In this document: one piece after another, positions 41,093 through 51,853 of the stretch
Position numbering within the stretch: position 1 is the stretch's first letter
Layout: each line of letters starts with the position of its first letter
Assembly: GCA_963718615.1 (NCBI GenBank)
Contig: OY970368.1
Coordinates: forward strand, 1,024,001-1,088,000
DNA: 64,000 bases
Direction: 5' to 3'
From: an uncultured cyanobacterium
Lineage (GTDB): Bacteria > Cyanobacteriota > Cyanobacteriia > PCC-9006 > JAAUQQ01
The notes under the pieces: generated by a model
Database searches by the model: none
What the model was told of the DNA's origin: nothing
Seen by the model: only the letters and a program-made list of their open reading frames with translations
Position numbers and translations under genes: made by a program

Positions 41093-42688
41093 ATGAGTTG
41101 CCTCTCCTCCCCCGATCGCCCCTTTCAAGCCCTTCAGGCCCAGTTGCGCGATCGCTGGCAGGACCTAGAGCTAGACCCCTCCCATGACTGCGATATCGTC
41201 ATCATCCCGTCCCTGAGTGTTGACCAACGGGAACTGGAAAAAATCGATGGGGCACTTCACTATGAAGAACGATTGCTATTCTCGTTAATTCGGCTGCGCA
41301 ACCCCCGCACCCGCCTCATTTATCTCACCTCCCAGCCCCTGCCCCCCATTGTTATTGACTATTACCTTCAGCTGCTACCCGGTATTCCCTTTTCCCATGC
41401 TCGCAATCGCCTGCTCCTGCTTTCTACCTATGACAGTTCGCCCCGTCCCCTCACCCAAAAAATCCTAGAACGACCTCGGTTAATTCAGCGCCTGCGCCAA
41501 GCGCTGCGGCCCCAACGGGCATTTATGGTCTGCTTCAATGTCAGCAAGCTGGAAGAGCAGCTCTCAGTGCAATTAGGCATTCCACTGTTTGGGGCACCGC
41601 CGACGCTGCTGACCTGGGGAACGAAACAGGGCAGTCGACAGATTTTTGCAGAATGCGCCGTGCCCCATCCCGATGGCAGCGAATTGGTGTATAGCGCAAC
41701 CGAGCTGGCCGACCGAGCTGCCGCACTCTGGGAGCGACAGGCGGCGTTAAAGCGAATCGTCATCAAGCTCAATGAAGGGTTTTCCGGGGAAGGCAATGCG
41801 CTGCTAGATCTGCGTCCCCTGGCAGAAGTGGCTCCCGGTCGCGGTACCCCTGCCGAGCGACGATTGGTCCTCCAAAACCAGTTTGAGCATCTCAGCTTTC
41901 AAGCGGCGGCTGAAACTTGGGCCTCCTTTGGCTCGCGGGTGCCGGAATTAGGGGCGATCGCCGAAGCCTTTATCGAAGGAGAGGTGAAGCGATCGCCCAG
42001 CGTCCAAGGCTCCATTAGCCCCACGGGACAGGTGGAAATTCTCTCAACCCACGATCAAATTTTAGGCGGTCCCGATGGTCAAATTTATTTGGGCTGCGAA
42101 TTTCCAGCGGACGAACGCTATCGGCTTCAACTGCAAGACTATGGCCGCCGCATCGGCGAATGTTTAGCCGCGAAGGGGGCAATGGAGCGGTTTGGGGTGG
42201 ATTTTGTTGTGGTCCAACAACCGGATGGCCAATGGGATTGTCAGGCGATCGAAATCAATTTGCGGAAGGGTGGCACAACCCATCCCTTTATGACGCTGCA
42301 ATATTTAACCAATGGATCCTATAACGAAAAGGATGGCTTGTTTTATAGCCAACCCGGTAGCCCTAAATATTACAAAGCCACGGATAATTTACAGGCCAAG
42401 CACTATCGAGGCTTGCTGCCCAGCGATCTCATGGATATTGTGGCGGAGTATCAGCTACATTTTGATAGCGGGACCAAAACCGGAACGGTGTTTCATCTCA
42501 TGGGCTGTCTCTCGGAATTTGGCAAACTGGGATTAACCTGCGTGGGCGATTCTCCTCACCATGCCCTGGAGATTTACGATCGCGTCAAGGCCGTATTGGA
42601 CGAAGCCTGTCAGGCTGAGGCGATCGCCCTACCCACGGGCTGGACCATGCTGCCCATGGGATGGACAGGCTACCCAACGACGGATTGA
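41093..42688 (+). CDS. Peptide ligase PGM1-related ATP-grasp protein
   Basis: HYEERLLF, WGTKQGSR, KLNEGFSGEGNA, STHDQILGG, EINLRKGGTTHP. Likely start 41093. Confidence 0.8.
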   Translation: MSCLSSPDRPFQALQAQLRDRWQDLELDPSHDCDIVIIPSLSVDQRELEKIDGALHYEERLLFSLIRLRNPRTRLIYLTSQPLPPIVIDYYLQLLPGIPFSHARNRLLLLSTYDSSPRPLTQKILERPRLIQRLRQALRPQRAFMVCFNVSKLEEQLSVQLGIPLFGAPPTLLTWGTKQGSRQIFAECAVPHPDGSELVYSATELADRAAALWERQAALKRIVIKLNEGFSGEGNALLDLRPLAEVAPGRGTPAERRLVLQNQFEHLSFQAAAETWASFGSRVPELGAIAEAFIEGEVKRSPSVQGSISPTGQVEILSTHDQILGGPDGQIYLGCEFPADERYRLQLQDYGRRIGECLAAKGAMERFGVDFVVVQQPDGQWDCQAIEINLRKGGTTHPFMTLQYLTNGSYNEKDGLFYSQPGSPKYYKATDNLQAKHYRGLLPSDLMDIVAEYQLHFDSGTKTGTVFHLMGCLSEFGKLGLTCVGDSPHHALEIYDRVKAVLDEACQAEAIALPTGWTMLPMGWTGYPTTD

Positions 42689-42876
42689 GCGTCAAACCGA
42701 GATGTCCAAGACAGGTTGAGATAGATTGAGACAGGTTGAAACCGCGTTGAAACCGCGTCAAGGGGACCGTTCACCGGGCGCGATCGCCCCCGGTCTCCCC
42801 TAGTCATTTGCAGTCAGCATTCGCTTCAATCATCCCGTGTCCCTGTTGAACCACTGCCAGCCATTTCCAGGTCAAT

Positions 42877-43056
42877 ATGGTGGAACTATCCGATCGCGCC
42901 ATTCTGATTTGTGTGCTTCTGGGTATGGGAATCGGTTTGCTCCGAGACCGACCCCGGAAAAAGAAGAAACCCCCGGACCCCACACCGGGTCAAAAAGCAG
43001 CGAAGGTCATGGAACAATATATCGATGTCATGATGGCGGAAATTAAGGGGAAATAG
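42877..43056 (+). CDS. Small membrane protein, 59 aa (not in ORF track)
   Basis: MVELSDRAILICVLLGMGIGLLRDRPRKKKKPPDPTPGQKAAKVMEQYIDVMMAEIKGK: hydrophobic helix followed by a basic cluster. Confidence 0.6.
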   Translation: MVELSDRAILICVLLGMGIGLLRDRPRKKKKPPDPTPGQKAAKVMEQYIDVMMAEIKGK

Positions 43057-43117
43057 TGACGTTCTACCCCTCAAACAGAGGCAGAAAAACAGCGGAAATA
43101 CAGCAGAAACACAGCAG

Positions 43118-46100
43118 CTACCAGGGATTGCCCACCAGCGTAAACGCCGCCCAAAAATAGGGATGGGAAAGGTCGCGATCGCCAATATCTTCCGCCACCC
43201 GTTCCGTCAAGGGAATCGATTTCTGCTCACTTTGTAAATCGTTTTGTAAAATGCCTTGGCTGATCGTGACCTGTTGATGGAGCATGGCGATCTGGGCCTG
43301 ACGCAGGGCTTCTGCCTTCACCGGCACCTTGCGCAACTGTTCATAAAACTGGGTGATCAAAGCTAAGGTTCCGGCATCGCTCACATACCACAAACTGCCC
43401 AAGGCTGATTTGACCCCCGACTCGATGGCCAAACCCGCAAAGCCCAATTCAGCATTTTTATCCCCCAGGGCCGTTCGACAGGCACTTAACACCAGCAGTT
43501 CTACCGGTGGATTGCCAAGGCCCAAATTGCGCAACTGATTCACCTGGAGTTTTTGATCCCACAATTGGATATAGGATTGATCCACTTTTCCAGCTCGAAA
43601 CTCGCCATGGGTCGCCAAATGCACAATGCCATAGGGTTGTTGCTGCCGCGCTTGGGTCAAGTTTTTCAGCGTAAACTGATCATTGAGAAAAGACTTGCCT
43701 TGCCACAATCTTTGGGTCAACACGGACAGCTCAGTTTCCACTGCGGGTAAGTCAGATTTTGCATCAAATTCCGATGCCCCCATGGCCAAAATCTCTGATT
43801 TACGAACATCCACATAGCGCGTATCCGCCAGACTCAAGCTGGGCATGAGGCCCAGGCTATAGCGCTCCACGAGGAACTGGTTGCCATCATGGAGAGCTGC
43901 CATGGGGAGCGATCGCAATCCCGCATCCAAGATAAAGCTAAGGTTATCAATCTCCCGAATTTGGAGTTCACCCTCAATGGGCTCAATCAGCAGTTTATAT
44001 AATGCCTGAGCTGGTTTTAGATAGCTTTTGCTCCAAAGCTTGCGGGGATCTGTCACTTCTCGACGGAAGCGATCGGCCAATTGGATCACGTCTTTACGCA
44101 TCACTGACAAGCGTTTTCGTACGGCTGCACCATCGGGCATGACCACCAGTAGTTCTAGCTCATCGGTCTCATTTTCGCTCAAATTTACCGTATCCGTAGC
44201 CCCTTGAAAATATTGTTCCAAGGCATCTGAAAAATGCGCTTCTCGCTGGGCAAAATCTGGTGACTGGCGCATTGTCGCAGGCACAAATTGAATATAAACC
44301 AACGCCGGTTTAACGCCAGCCGCAGCCTCCACACGATTGAGAATTGTTGCTGCTTCAGCCACTGTTTCAATCCGTCGCTCATAGCCTTCAAAGGGTCTAG
44401 CATAGGCAACTGAGTTGGTGCTGTTTTCCCCTGTCTCGCTGCCCTGGGTTTCATGCTCAACAGCAGCATTCGAACTCAGGGCATCCAGTAAATCCATGGG
44501 GATTTTCAACACAGAATCCGGTGAATTGAGAGGAAGCTCGGGCTCTGGAGAAGGCTCAGGACCTGGAGGAGGCTCGGGTCTGGGAGAAGGCTCGGGTTTG
44601 GGAGTCGGCTCAGGCTCTGGAGAAGGTTCGGGCTTGGGAGTTGGCTCGGGTTTGGGAGTAGGATCTATAGGCCCAGGTTCTCCCACTTCAGGGTTAACGG
44701 TCAAGCGGTAGGCGATCGCCTCCGAACTCGACACCCCATCCGTTGCCACGATCGAAAAGGCATTGATTGGCCCATTGCTCACCGCTGTGGGCTGATAGGT
44801 TAAAGGCGTTCCCGGTTGCCAGATATCACCATTTTTGAGCAAGCGATCGCCTTGACGCAACTCTCCGCCAGCAATGCCTTGAATTTGCAATCGCAACTGA
44901 TCCTGATTGACATCCGTAAACAGCGTGTCCGGGGTGGGCAGGGTAATGATTAGCGTATCCGCGACGGTGATGTCGTTGGCCTCTAGGCCCTGCACCAATG
45001 CCTGGGGCGGTGTATTGTCTGACAGAATGGCGATCGCCCCCGGCAATCCCGGCGTCACCCCTCCTTCGGGCAAAACCGAAAACCGTCCCCCAGTCAGTTG
45101 GTTCTCGACCTGATCGGCTGTGCCTGCTCGAATAGCGCCTCGGGTGCCGTTAGGGCTCGCTTGGCCTACGGTTAAGGGCGTATTGGTGGCCCCGCCGCTG
45201 TGACGCAGAGACACTTGACCACCGGTGACGGAGCCGACGGTAGGAGAATCCTCAAGATTCAAAACCTCTCCCAGAACGACATTACTCTCCGTGGCCGCCA
45301 TGCGCAAAACGGACGCCTGGGCATTGAGGGTGGTATTGGGCGGATTGTTCATCTCCGTGTCCGGATCAACGGCGGGTAACAGACCCTGCCCCTGGATCGT
45401 GCCTCCCGAGACTACGGTGACATCTCCGGCTTTTGCCGTTGCAACGGATTGCCCGTCGCTACTGGAGTCTAAGGCTCGGGCGGAGGTGTCGAGGGTGGAA
45501 AATTCGACGGTTTGATTTAACTCAGGGGCTGTAATCCCAACGGTTCCAGCAATGGCCGTCAGACTCCCGGCCCCCACAGCAAAGGTTGTCGCATTGATGT
45601 CTCCGGATTGAACGCGATCGCCCGTTAGCTGAACATTACCAGCCTGAGCCTGCACCGAGCCATTGCCCACCCCACTCCGGGCTGTGGTGCGAATGGACTC
45701 GACGGTGATGCCCCCATTCTCGTTGGCGGCTCCAGCGGTTGGATTAGAGGACAGCGTGACATTGCCCGCCGTCACCTGGGAGGTTTTGCCCGCAGACCCC
45801 AAAACCGACGTCGTTAGGGTCTTAGCGCTAATGTCTGAGCCTGCGGTGGTCAACTGCACATCGCCACCCGTTAGAGACACGGTTTCAAAGGCGATCGCCG
45901 AGTTGGCTGAGGCGTCTATCGTTTGAGCCCCGATGGGGCTGTTGCTTCCGGTTGTCGTTAACTGAATGGGTCCGGCCTGGGCCGTAATCCGATTCCCCCC
46001 TCGGTTGTTCACCCTACTGGACAGATCGCCCACATTCAAATCCCCCGATGTCGTTAGCTGAATCGCCCCTCCCGCTGCTTCCACCGTTGCAAAGATAGCT

Positions 46101-47485
46101 GAGCTAGAGGTCTCTGTGGTTGCAGAAGCATCCAGCTTGCCGCTGGTGAACTGCCCCTGGGTCACTTCCGCCTCAATCCGGCCAGCGATCGCCCGACTCA
46201 CATCTCCCCCCTGGATCTTGGCTGTGGTCTCGACATTGCCCACTTGCACCGAGGGTCCGGCAGCGCTGATCTGAAGATTACCGCCCTGGGCAATCACTGT
46301 GGCTCCGGCAGCTCGGTTGGACGTGGCGATCGCCCCCATTTGAATGCCATCGGTTTCGATGGTCCCCCGCACACTGCCAGCCTCTAGCACAATATCGCCC
46401 GCCTGGGCTTGGGTCGTGGCAGCCTGGGGGGAATTGGCGGGTAGGGCATCTGTGGCCCGAGCGGAGGTTGTGAGGGATCCGAGGGCGATCGCCCCCGCCT
46501 GGGTTTTGACCGAAATTGTCCCCCCCCTAACCGGTTCTGCCTGGGCCACAGGATTTGAGGCCACAGGATTTGAGGCCACAGCGGTAGAAATCGTCCCCGA
46601 CAGGCGAATATCACCAGCCTGAGCCGTGCTATCCTCATTCGCCGCCGCCGCAGGCAATCCTTGTCCCGTCAACAGTTCTGGCAGGGACAAGACCGACAAA
46701 GCATTCGTCGTAAAGGTGGGGTCCAGCTCCAGCGCGAGAATTTGTCCCGATTGACCCAGGCGTAGCCGCTGCGCACCCGAGGCTGTGGTCACGGTCTGGA
46801 GCGTAATATTGCCCCCAGGGGCTGTGAGTTGGCCATTGCCCCCAATGGCACCAGCCGCCAGCGTCAGGTTTTGCTCGGGATTGAGCGTCAAATCGCCAAA
46901 GAGGCCGATCGCCCCAGGGTTAGTCGCCGTTGTAAACAAAAAGCCTGTTGGATCTCCATTCAGGCGGTCATAACTATTTTCTCCAGTCGCAAAAAACCAG
47001 GTTTCTTCCCCAGGATTACCAAAGCCAATGCCATTGGCTGTGGTCGCCGCAAAGGCTCCTGGCAAATCTAGCTGGGCCGTTGGGCCAAAGACGATTCCCG
47101 CCGGATTCATCAGCAAGAGATTGGCATTACTGCCAGTAATCTTCAGCGTGCCATTGATCAAAGAAGCTTCGCCACCCGTGATGCGACCCAGGACATTTTG
47201 CACATTCGGGGTAGTCAGAAACTGGGCCGCTTGTCCTGCATCCAAGCCAAATTTTGAAAAACTGTGAAATAAGTTACCCCCATCCGTTGATGGGGTTCCC
47301 CCGGTAATGTTAATGACAGGGCCATTGCCTTCGACTTGGGTTCCAGCACCGTTGGGCGTAATGGTTTGGGCACCATTGGCAGGAACCGGCTGGGCGATCG
47401 CCCCTTGCATTCCCAATCCGGAAACGAAGAGTGCACAAGTGGCATGGGCAGTGAAGCGATAGCATCCTTGCATAGCGAGGTCCAA
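43118..47485 (-). CDS. Filamentous haemagglutinin-type TpsA exoprotein with C-terminal CHAT protease domain
   Basis: TPS domain NLFHSF...LMNPAGIVFG, beta-helix repeats, PEP/PKP linker, CHAT HLATHG and VLSACRTA, HPYFWAAF. Confidence 0.92.
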   Translation of the reverse strand: MDLAMQGCYRFTAHATCALFVSGLGMQGAIAQPVPANGAQTITPNGAGTQVEGNGPVINITGGTPSTDGGNLFHSFSKFGLDAGQAAQFLTTPNVQNVLGRITGGEASLINGTLKITGSNANLLLMNPAGIVFGPTAQLDLPGAFAATTANGIGFGNPGEETWFFATGENSYDRLNGDPTGFLFTTATNPGAIGLFGDLTLNPEQNLTLAAGAIGGNGQLTAPGGNITLQTVTTASGAQRLRLGQSGQILALELDPTFTTNALSVLSLPELLTGQGLPAAAANEDSTAQAGDIRLSGTISTAVASNPVASNPVAQAEPVRGGTISVKTQAGAIALGSLTTSARATDALPANSPQAATTQAQAGDIVLEAGSVRGTIETDGIQMGAIATSNRAAGATVIAQGGNLQISAAGPSVQVGNVETTAKIQGGDVSRAIAGRIEAEVTQGQFTSGKLDASATTETSSSAIFATVEAAGGAIQLTTSGDLNVGDLSSRVNNRGGNRITAQAGPIQLTTTGSNSPIGAQTIDASANSAIAFETVSLTGGDVQLTTAGSDISAKTLTTSVLGSAGKTSQVTAGNVTLSSNPTAGAANENGGITVESIRTTARSGVGNGSVQAQAGNVQLTGDRVQSGDINATTFAVGAGSLTAIAGTVGITAPELNQTVEFSTLDTSARALDSSSDGQSVATAKAGDVTVVSGGTIQGQGLLPAVDPDTEMNNPPNTTLNAQASVLRMAATESNVVLGEVLNLEDSPTVGSVTGGQVSLRHSGGATNTPLTVGQASPNGTRGAIRAGTADQVENQLTGGRFSVLPEGGVTPGLPGAIAILSDNTPPQALVQGLEANDITVADTLIITLPTPDTLFTDVNQDQLRLQIQGIAGGELRQGDRLLKNGDIWQPGTPLTYQPTAVSNGPINAFSIVATDGVSSSEAIAYRLTVNPEVGEPGPIDPTPKPEPTPKPEPSPEPEPTPKPEPSPRPEPPPGPEPSPEPELPLNSPDSVLKIPMDLLDALSSNAAVEHETQGSETGENSTNSVAYARPFEGYERRIETVAEAATILNRVEAAAGVKPALVYIQFVPATMRQSPDFAQREAHFSDALEQYFQGATDTVNLSENETDELELLVVMPDGAAVRKRLSVMRKDVIQLADRFRREVTDPRKLWSKSYLKPAQALYKLLIEPIEGELQIREIDNLSFILDAGLRSLPMAALHDGNQFLVERYSLGLMPSLSLADTRYVDVRKSEILAMGASEFDAKSDLPAVETELSVLTQRLWQGKSFLNDQFTLKNLTQARQQQPYGIVHLATHGEFRAGKVDQSYIQLWDQKLQVNQLRNLGLGNPPVELLVLSACRTALGDKNAELGFAGLAIESGVKSALGSLWYVSDAGTLALITQFYEQLRKVPVKAEALRQAQIAMLHQQVTISQGILQNDLQSEQKSIPLTERVAEDIGDRDLSHPYFWAAFTLVGNPW

Positions 47486-47676
47486 GCGAAAGAGTCTCCA
47501 GCAATCATTTCGATTTTCATACGAGAGCCTGTAATCTCCGGAATTGCACGGATAATCTTTGTCTTAAATTCACGATTTCACGAGTTTTACACAAACGAGA
47601 GATAAATTCATTCGGATCGCCCAATCCCCAGCGCGAAGTATCCAAGGATGCATCATTCTATGGATACCTTCGGCCT

Positions 47677-49485
47677 ATGATGGCTGCCCCTCCTCCAGAT
47701 CTCGCGCAGCTGCCGGCGACCCCACCGTCGCCAGCCAACGTTGTTTTTGCATCGCAGCCCCAGGTTTCTCCCATCGCCGAAGCAGCAGCCCAGGGGATTC
47801 AGCCTCCCCTCTCCCTTGAGCCGGAGCGCTTTCAGCCTGAAACCGAGCAGCCTGAAACGGAGCAGGCGATCGCCCAGCAGTTCCCGGTTCCAGAGGCCAT
47901 TCCTCCCACTTCAGAATTGCCCCAGGAATCGCCCGAGAGCAGCAGGCCAGAATTTTCAGAATCCGTTCCAGAATCGCCACCACAATCATCGCCTTCAGAG
48001 GCATCGGTCACGCTCAAAACCATTCAGGTAAACGGCAGCCAGATTTTCAGCCCTGGGGAATTTGACGCTTGGATGGCTCCCTTTCTCAATAAACCATTGG
48101 CCCCAACGGACCTGCGGGCGATCGCCGATACCATCACCCAGCATTACCTCAACCAGGGATACATCACCTCCCGTGCCTTGGATCCTGTGGTGAGTGGCGA
48201 TCGCGCCACGGTACAGATTGTCGAAGGGGCGATCGAGCAGATTGAAATTACGGGCACGGAACGGGTCAGCCAAGACTACATTCGTCGCCGCATCGAACTG
48301 GCGGCCCAACAACCCCTCAATACTAACCGCCTGGAAGAACAGCTCAAGCTGTTGCGCAATGACCCGCTGTTTGAGGAGCTGAGTGCCAGTTTGCGAGCGG
48401 GGGATGGTTTGGGGCAGAGTGTCTTGGCCGTGACGGTAAAGGAGGCCCAGTCGTTTACGGCGGAGGCCAGTGTGGATAACTATTCTCCGCCCAGTGTGGG
48501 TTCAGAACGGTTTGGTACACAACTTCAGTATCGTAACCTCACGGGCAACGGGGATGTTTTGAGTGGGGGATATACGCGATCGCGCACCGGGGGCTCCCAG
48601 CAGGTCAATCTCTCCTACAGCACACCGGTCAATCCTCGGGAGGGAACGCTAAGCCTGTCGGCGGATTGGACCCGGACCAAAATCACCCAGGATGAATTTG
48701 AATCGCTCAATATTACCGGCAACTCCCAGCGCTACAGTCTGCAATATCGCCAGCCGCTGCTCCGCAGTCTTCGCCAGGAGTTGGCGCTCTCCGCTGGGTT
48801 CACGTTTCAGGATGGTCAGACCTTTTTAGATGGTACACCAACTCCTTTTGGGGCCGGTCCCGATGCCGATGGGATCAGCCGCACAGCGGTGATTAATTTT
48901 GGCCAGGACTATGTAAAGCGGGATCCGTCGGGGGCCTGGGCGTTGCGATCGCAATTCAACCTCGGCACGGGTCTCTTCGATGCCACGAACAACGCCGAAC
49001 CCATGCCCGATGGTCAATTTCTCAGTTGGCTGGGTCAGGTGCAGCGGGTGCAGCGGCTCGGTGACAACCATTTGGTCATTGCCCAGGGGAGCCTGCAACT
49101 GAGCTCTGATGCGCTGTTGGCCTCCCAGCAGTTTAGTTTGGGTGGGGGTCAGTCCCTGCGGGGCTATCGGCAAAATGTGCGGTCTGGGGACAATGGCTTC
49201 CGGGTTTCCGTTGAGGATCGCATAACGCTGCAGCGGGATGCGGGGGGCGCTTCGACGGTGCAACTGGCTCCCTTTGCGGAGGTGGGTAAGGTTTGGAATG
49301 ATGTGGATAATCCCAGCGGCAGCGGGACGGCGCTCTTGGCGAGTGCGGGGGTGGGGGTGATCTGGAAACCAACGCCTGCGTCGACGATTCGGGTGGATTA
49401 TGGGGTGCCGTTGGTGAGTTTGGGCGATCGCGGCAACAATCTACAGGATCAAGGGGTGCATTTCAGCGCCAGCTACCGGTTTTGA
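47677..49485 (+). CDS. ShlB/FhaC/HecB (TpsB) outer-membrane transporter
   Basis: POTRA YLNQGYITSRA, LGGGQSLRGY, terminal Phe (SYRF). Confidence 0.93.
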   Translation: MMAAPPPDLAQLPATPPSPANVVFASQPQVSPIAEAAAQGIQPPLSLEPERFQPETEQPETEQAIAQQFPVPEAIPPTSELPQESPESSRPEFSESVPESPPQSSPSEASVTLKTIQVNGSQIFSPGEFDAWMAPFLNKPLAPTDLRAIADTITQHYLNQGYITSRALDPVVSGDRATVQIVEGAIEQIEITGTERVSQDYIRRRIELAAQQPLNTNRLEEQLKLLRNDPLFEELSASLRAGDGLGQSVLAVTVKEAQSFTAEASVDNYSPPSVGSERFGTQLQYRNLTGNGDVLSGGYTRSRTGGSQQVNLSYSTPVNPREGTLSLSADWTRTKITQDEFESLNITGNSQRYSLQYRQPLLRSLRQELALSAGFTFQDGQTFLDGTPTPFGAGPDADGISRTAVINFGQDYVKRDPSGAWALRSQFNLGTGLFDATNNAEPMPDGQFLSWLGQVQRVQRLGDNHLVIAQGSLQLSSDALLASQQFSLGGGQSLRGYRQNVRSGDNGFRVSVEDRITLQRDAGGASTVQLAPFAEVGKVWNDVDNPSGSGTALLASAGVGVIWKPTPASTIRVDYGVPLVSLGDRGNNLQDQGVHFSASYRF

Positions 49486-49566
49486 ATTTCCCTGTTTTTG
49501 ATTTGAATTCCCACGGCGATCGCTTTGCCGGTAGGCTATAAAGGATCTGATTCTCCCTCTTTTTCC

Positions 49567-49851
49567 ATGAGCAATCAACCCCAAACCGGTGCAGAAGCCG
49601 TTGACGCCGCCATTGCCCAGGGCATCGATCTGGATGGTTCCCCGATTCCCGCCGAAAAGCTAGATCTCTACAACCAGGTGATGGGACTAGAGGGCGATCG
49701 CCAGCGTAGCGGGGTGTCGAATAGTATGCGATCGCGCATCGTCCGCATTGGCGCGAAGCATATTCCCCAGGATGAGCTCAACCAAAAGCTAATTGATGCA
49801 GGTTTTGCGGGCTTAAAGGACAAAGAAATCGCGTTTTATTACGGCAAATAA
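49567..49851 (+). CDS. DUF4090 family protein
   Basis: GAEAVDAAIAQGIDLDGSPIP...RQRSGVSNSMRSRIVRIGAKH...LKDKEIAFYY. Confidence 0.8.
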   Translation: MSNQPQTGAEAVDAAIAQGIDLDGSPIPAEKLDLYNQVMGLEGDRQRSGVSNSMRSRIVRIGAKHIPQDELNQKLIDAGFAGLKDKEIAFYYGK

Positions 49852-49868
49852 GCCGCGAGTCCTGAGCC

Positions 49869-50531
49869 ATGGCCAGTGATGCAATCCTGTGTGTGGATGA
49901 AGTCAGTCTCAAAACGGGGATTGCGGTGTTGTGCGATCGCGACCCCGATCTCGCCCGCCTGGTCGAGCGGCACGGCCATCCCCCCCTCTGGAGCCGCCCT
50001 CCGGGATTTGCAACGCTGGTCCACATTATTCTAGAGCAGCAGGTTTCCATGGCTTCGGCCCAGGCGACGTTTGAGCGACTGCGGGGGGCGATCGCCCTGA
50101 CGCCGGAGGCATTTTTGACCCTGGAGGATGAGTCGCTGCGGGGGATGGGATTTAGTCGGCAAAAGACGGCCTATGTGCGAAATTTGGCGGAGGCGATTCG
50201 GAGCGATCGCCTAGATCTTGATGGGTTGGTGACACAACCCGATGATAGGGTGCGGGAAACGCTGTGTCAGCTGAAGGGGATTGGCCCCTGGACGGCTGAG
50301 ATCTATTTGATGATGGCGCTGGATCGGGCGGATGCTTGGCCCTTGGGGGATTTGGCGGTGCAGTTGTCGGTGCAGCGAATTAAGGGATTAGAGCAGAGGC
50401 CAGACCGGGAGATGTTGATGGCGATCGCTGAGCCTTGGCGGCCTTGGCGCAGTGTGGCGGCGCGGTTGCTGTGGCAAGCTTATTTGGCAAAAGAAACGTC
50501 AAGCAAGCTCGGAGTTAGCGCTTCACGTTGA
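49869..50531 (+). CDS. alkA: DNA-3-methyladenine glycosylase II (HhH-GPD)
   Basis: ILEQQVS, LKGIGPWTAE HhH, WPLGDL, WRPWRSVAA. Confidence 0.88.
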   Translation: MASDAILCVDEVSLKTGIAVLCDRDPDLARLVERHGHPPLWSRPPGFATLVHIILEQQVSMASAQATFERLRGAIALTPEAFLTLEDESLRGMGFSRQKTAYVRNLAEAIRSDRLDLDGLVTQPDDRVRETLCQLKGIGPWTAEIYLMMALDRADAWPLGDLAVQLSVQRIKGLEQRPDREMLMAIAEPWRPWRSVAARLLWQAYLAKETSSKLGVSASR

Positions 50532-50648
50532 GAACCAAGTTGGATTGAGTCGCAGGTTTTTCCGCAGTTACGGTTGCGACTGGATGATTTGATGCGATGA
50601 TTCTCAAATTCTAGAGGCGAATCTGGCGGGTTTGGGAGCGTATCGCAG

Positions 50649-51843
50649 TTGAGACAAACAATTTTTTTGATGGCACTGCTCTATTCGGTGCAGGCTTGCA
50701 GTAGCAATCCGGGGCTGGCGATGTTGCCGATCGCCGAGTTTCTCAAAGCAGATTTGGGATTGACTGCGGCCCAGGTGATGGGATTTCGGGCGATCGCCTT
50801 CCTCCCCTGGTTCCTCAAGCCGCTGTTTGGATTTGTCGCCGATAGCTTTCTATTTTGGGGATTCCGGTTTAAGGGGTATTTGGTGGCTTGCTATGCCGGG
50901 GCGATTTTTGTGTTTTTGGGTCTGAGTCGGGTGGGGGACTATTCCTATGGGGGTCTGTTAGGGGGGATTGTAGCGGTGTCGGGGGCGATCGCCTTCTCCG
51001 ATGTGGTTGCCGATAAGCTGATGATCACCCAGGGAAAGGCTACCGGAACGACGGCTCGGTTGCAGGGCGCACAGTGGGTGGGTCTGGGCCTGAGCGGTGC
51101 GGCGATCTTGCTTTTGGGGGGTTGGTTGGCGGATCGGGTATCGTTGTCGGTGGTGTTTGGCTTGAGTGCTATCGGGCCTGTCTTGGGAATTTGGGGCGTT
51201 TTGCAGTTGCTGAAAGAACCGCGTCAACAGGCGAGTGCGGTGCTGGGGGATGTGCGGACGACGATGCGCAGTCTCTGGAAAACGATCAGGCAGCGTCATT
51301 TCCTGCTGGTGATGCTTTTGATTGTATTGCTGGGTTTTTGTCCGATTCCGCCAACCTATTTTTATCAGCGGGATGCATTGCAGTTTAGCAATACGTTGAT
51401 TGGTCAACTCAATGCGGTAAGTTTGCTGGGAACAGGGCTGGGAGCGTTGCTGTTTGGGCGATTGTCAAGTTGGCTTTCCCGTGGCAATTTGGTTTATGGA
51501 GTGGTGGGTTTTAGTGCTATTGCAACTGTGAGTTTGGGCCTGATGCAGGGGGTGGGGAGCGCGATCGCCATTTCTCTCTTCACGGGGGCCAGCACCATTT
51601 GGGCGACGTTGCTGATGTTTGAACTGGTCATTAAAACCTGTCCAGAAGGGGGCGGAGGGAACGGTTTATGCGGTGGCTGTGGCGCTGTCGAATTTGGCGG
51701 CTTCGTTGGGTTTGGTGTTGGGGGCTTGGTTGTACGATGGGGGGCTGAGTTTTGCCAATTTGGCATTGCTGGCAGCAGGAGCAATGGTAGTTTGCTCGGG
51801 GGTAGGGCCGTCTTTGAAGAAAAGCTTGTCGAGATTGCCTTAA
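50649..51843 (+). pseudogene. BT1-family (folate/biopterin-like) MFS transporter with apparent +1 frameshift
   Basis: LPWFLKPLFGFVADS, AFSDVVAD. The family-like continuation AEGTVYAVAVALSNLA lies in another frame after the G5 run at 51648-51652. Confidence 0.7.
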
Positions 51844-51853
51844 AATTCTGCTC

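Noticed and set aside
51619-51843. Independent 74-aa gene
   Set aside because: It is the out-of-frame C-terminus of the BT1 transporter.
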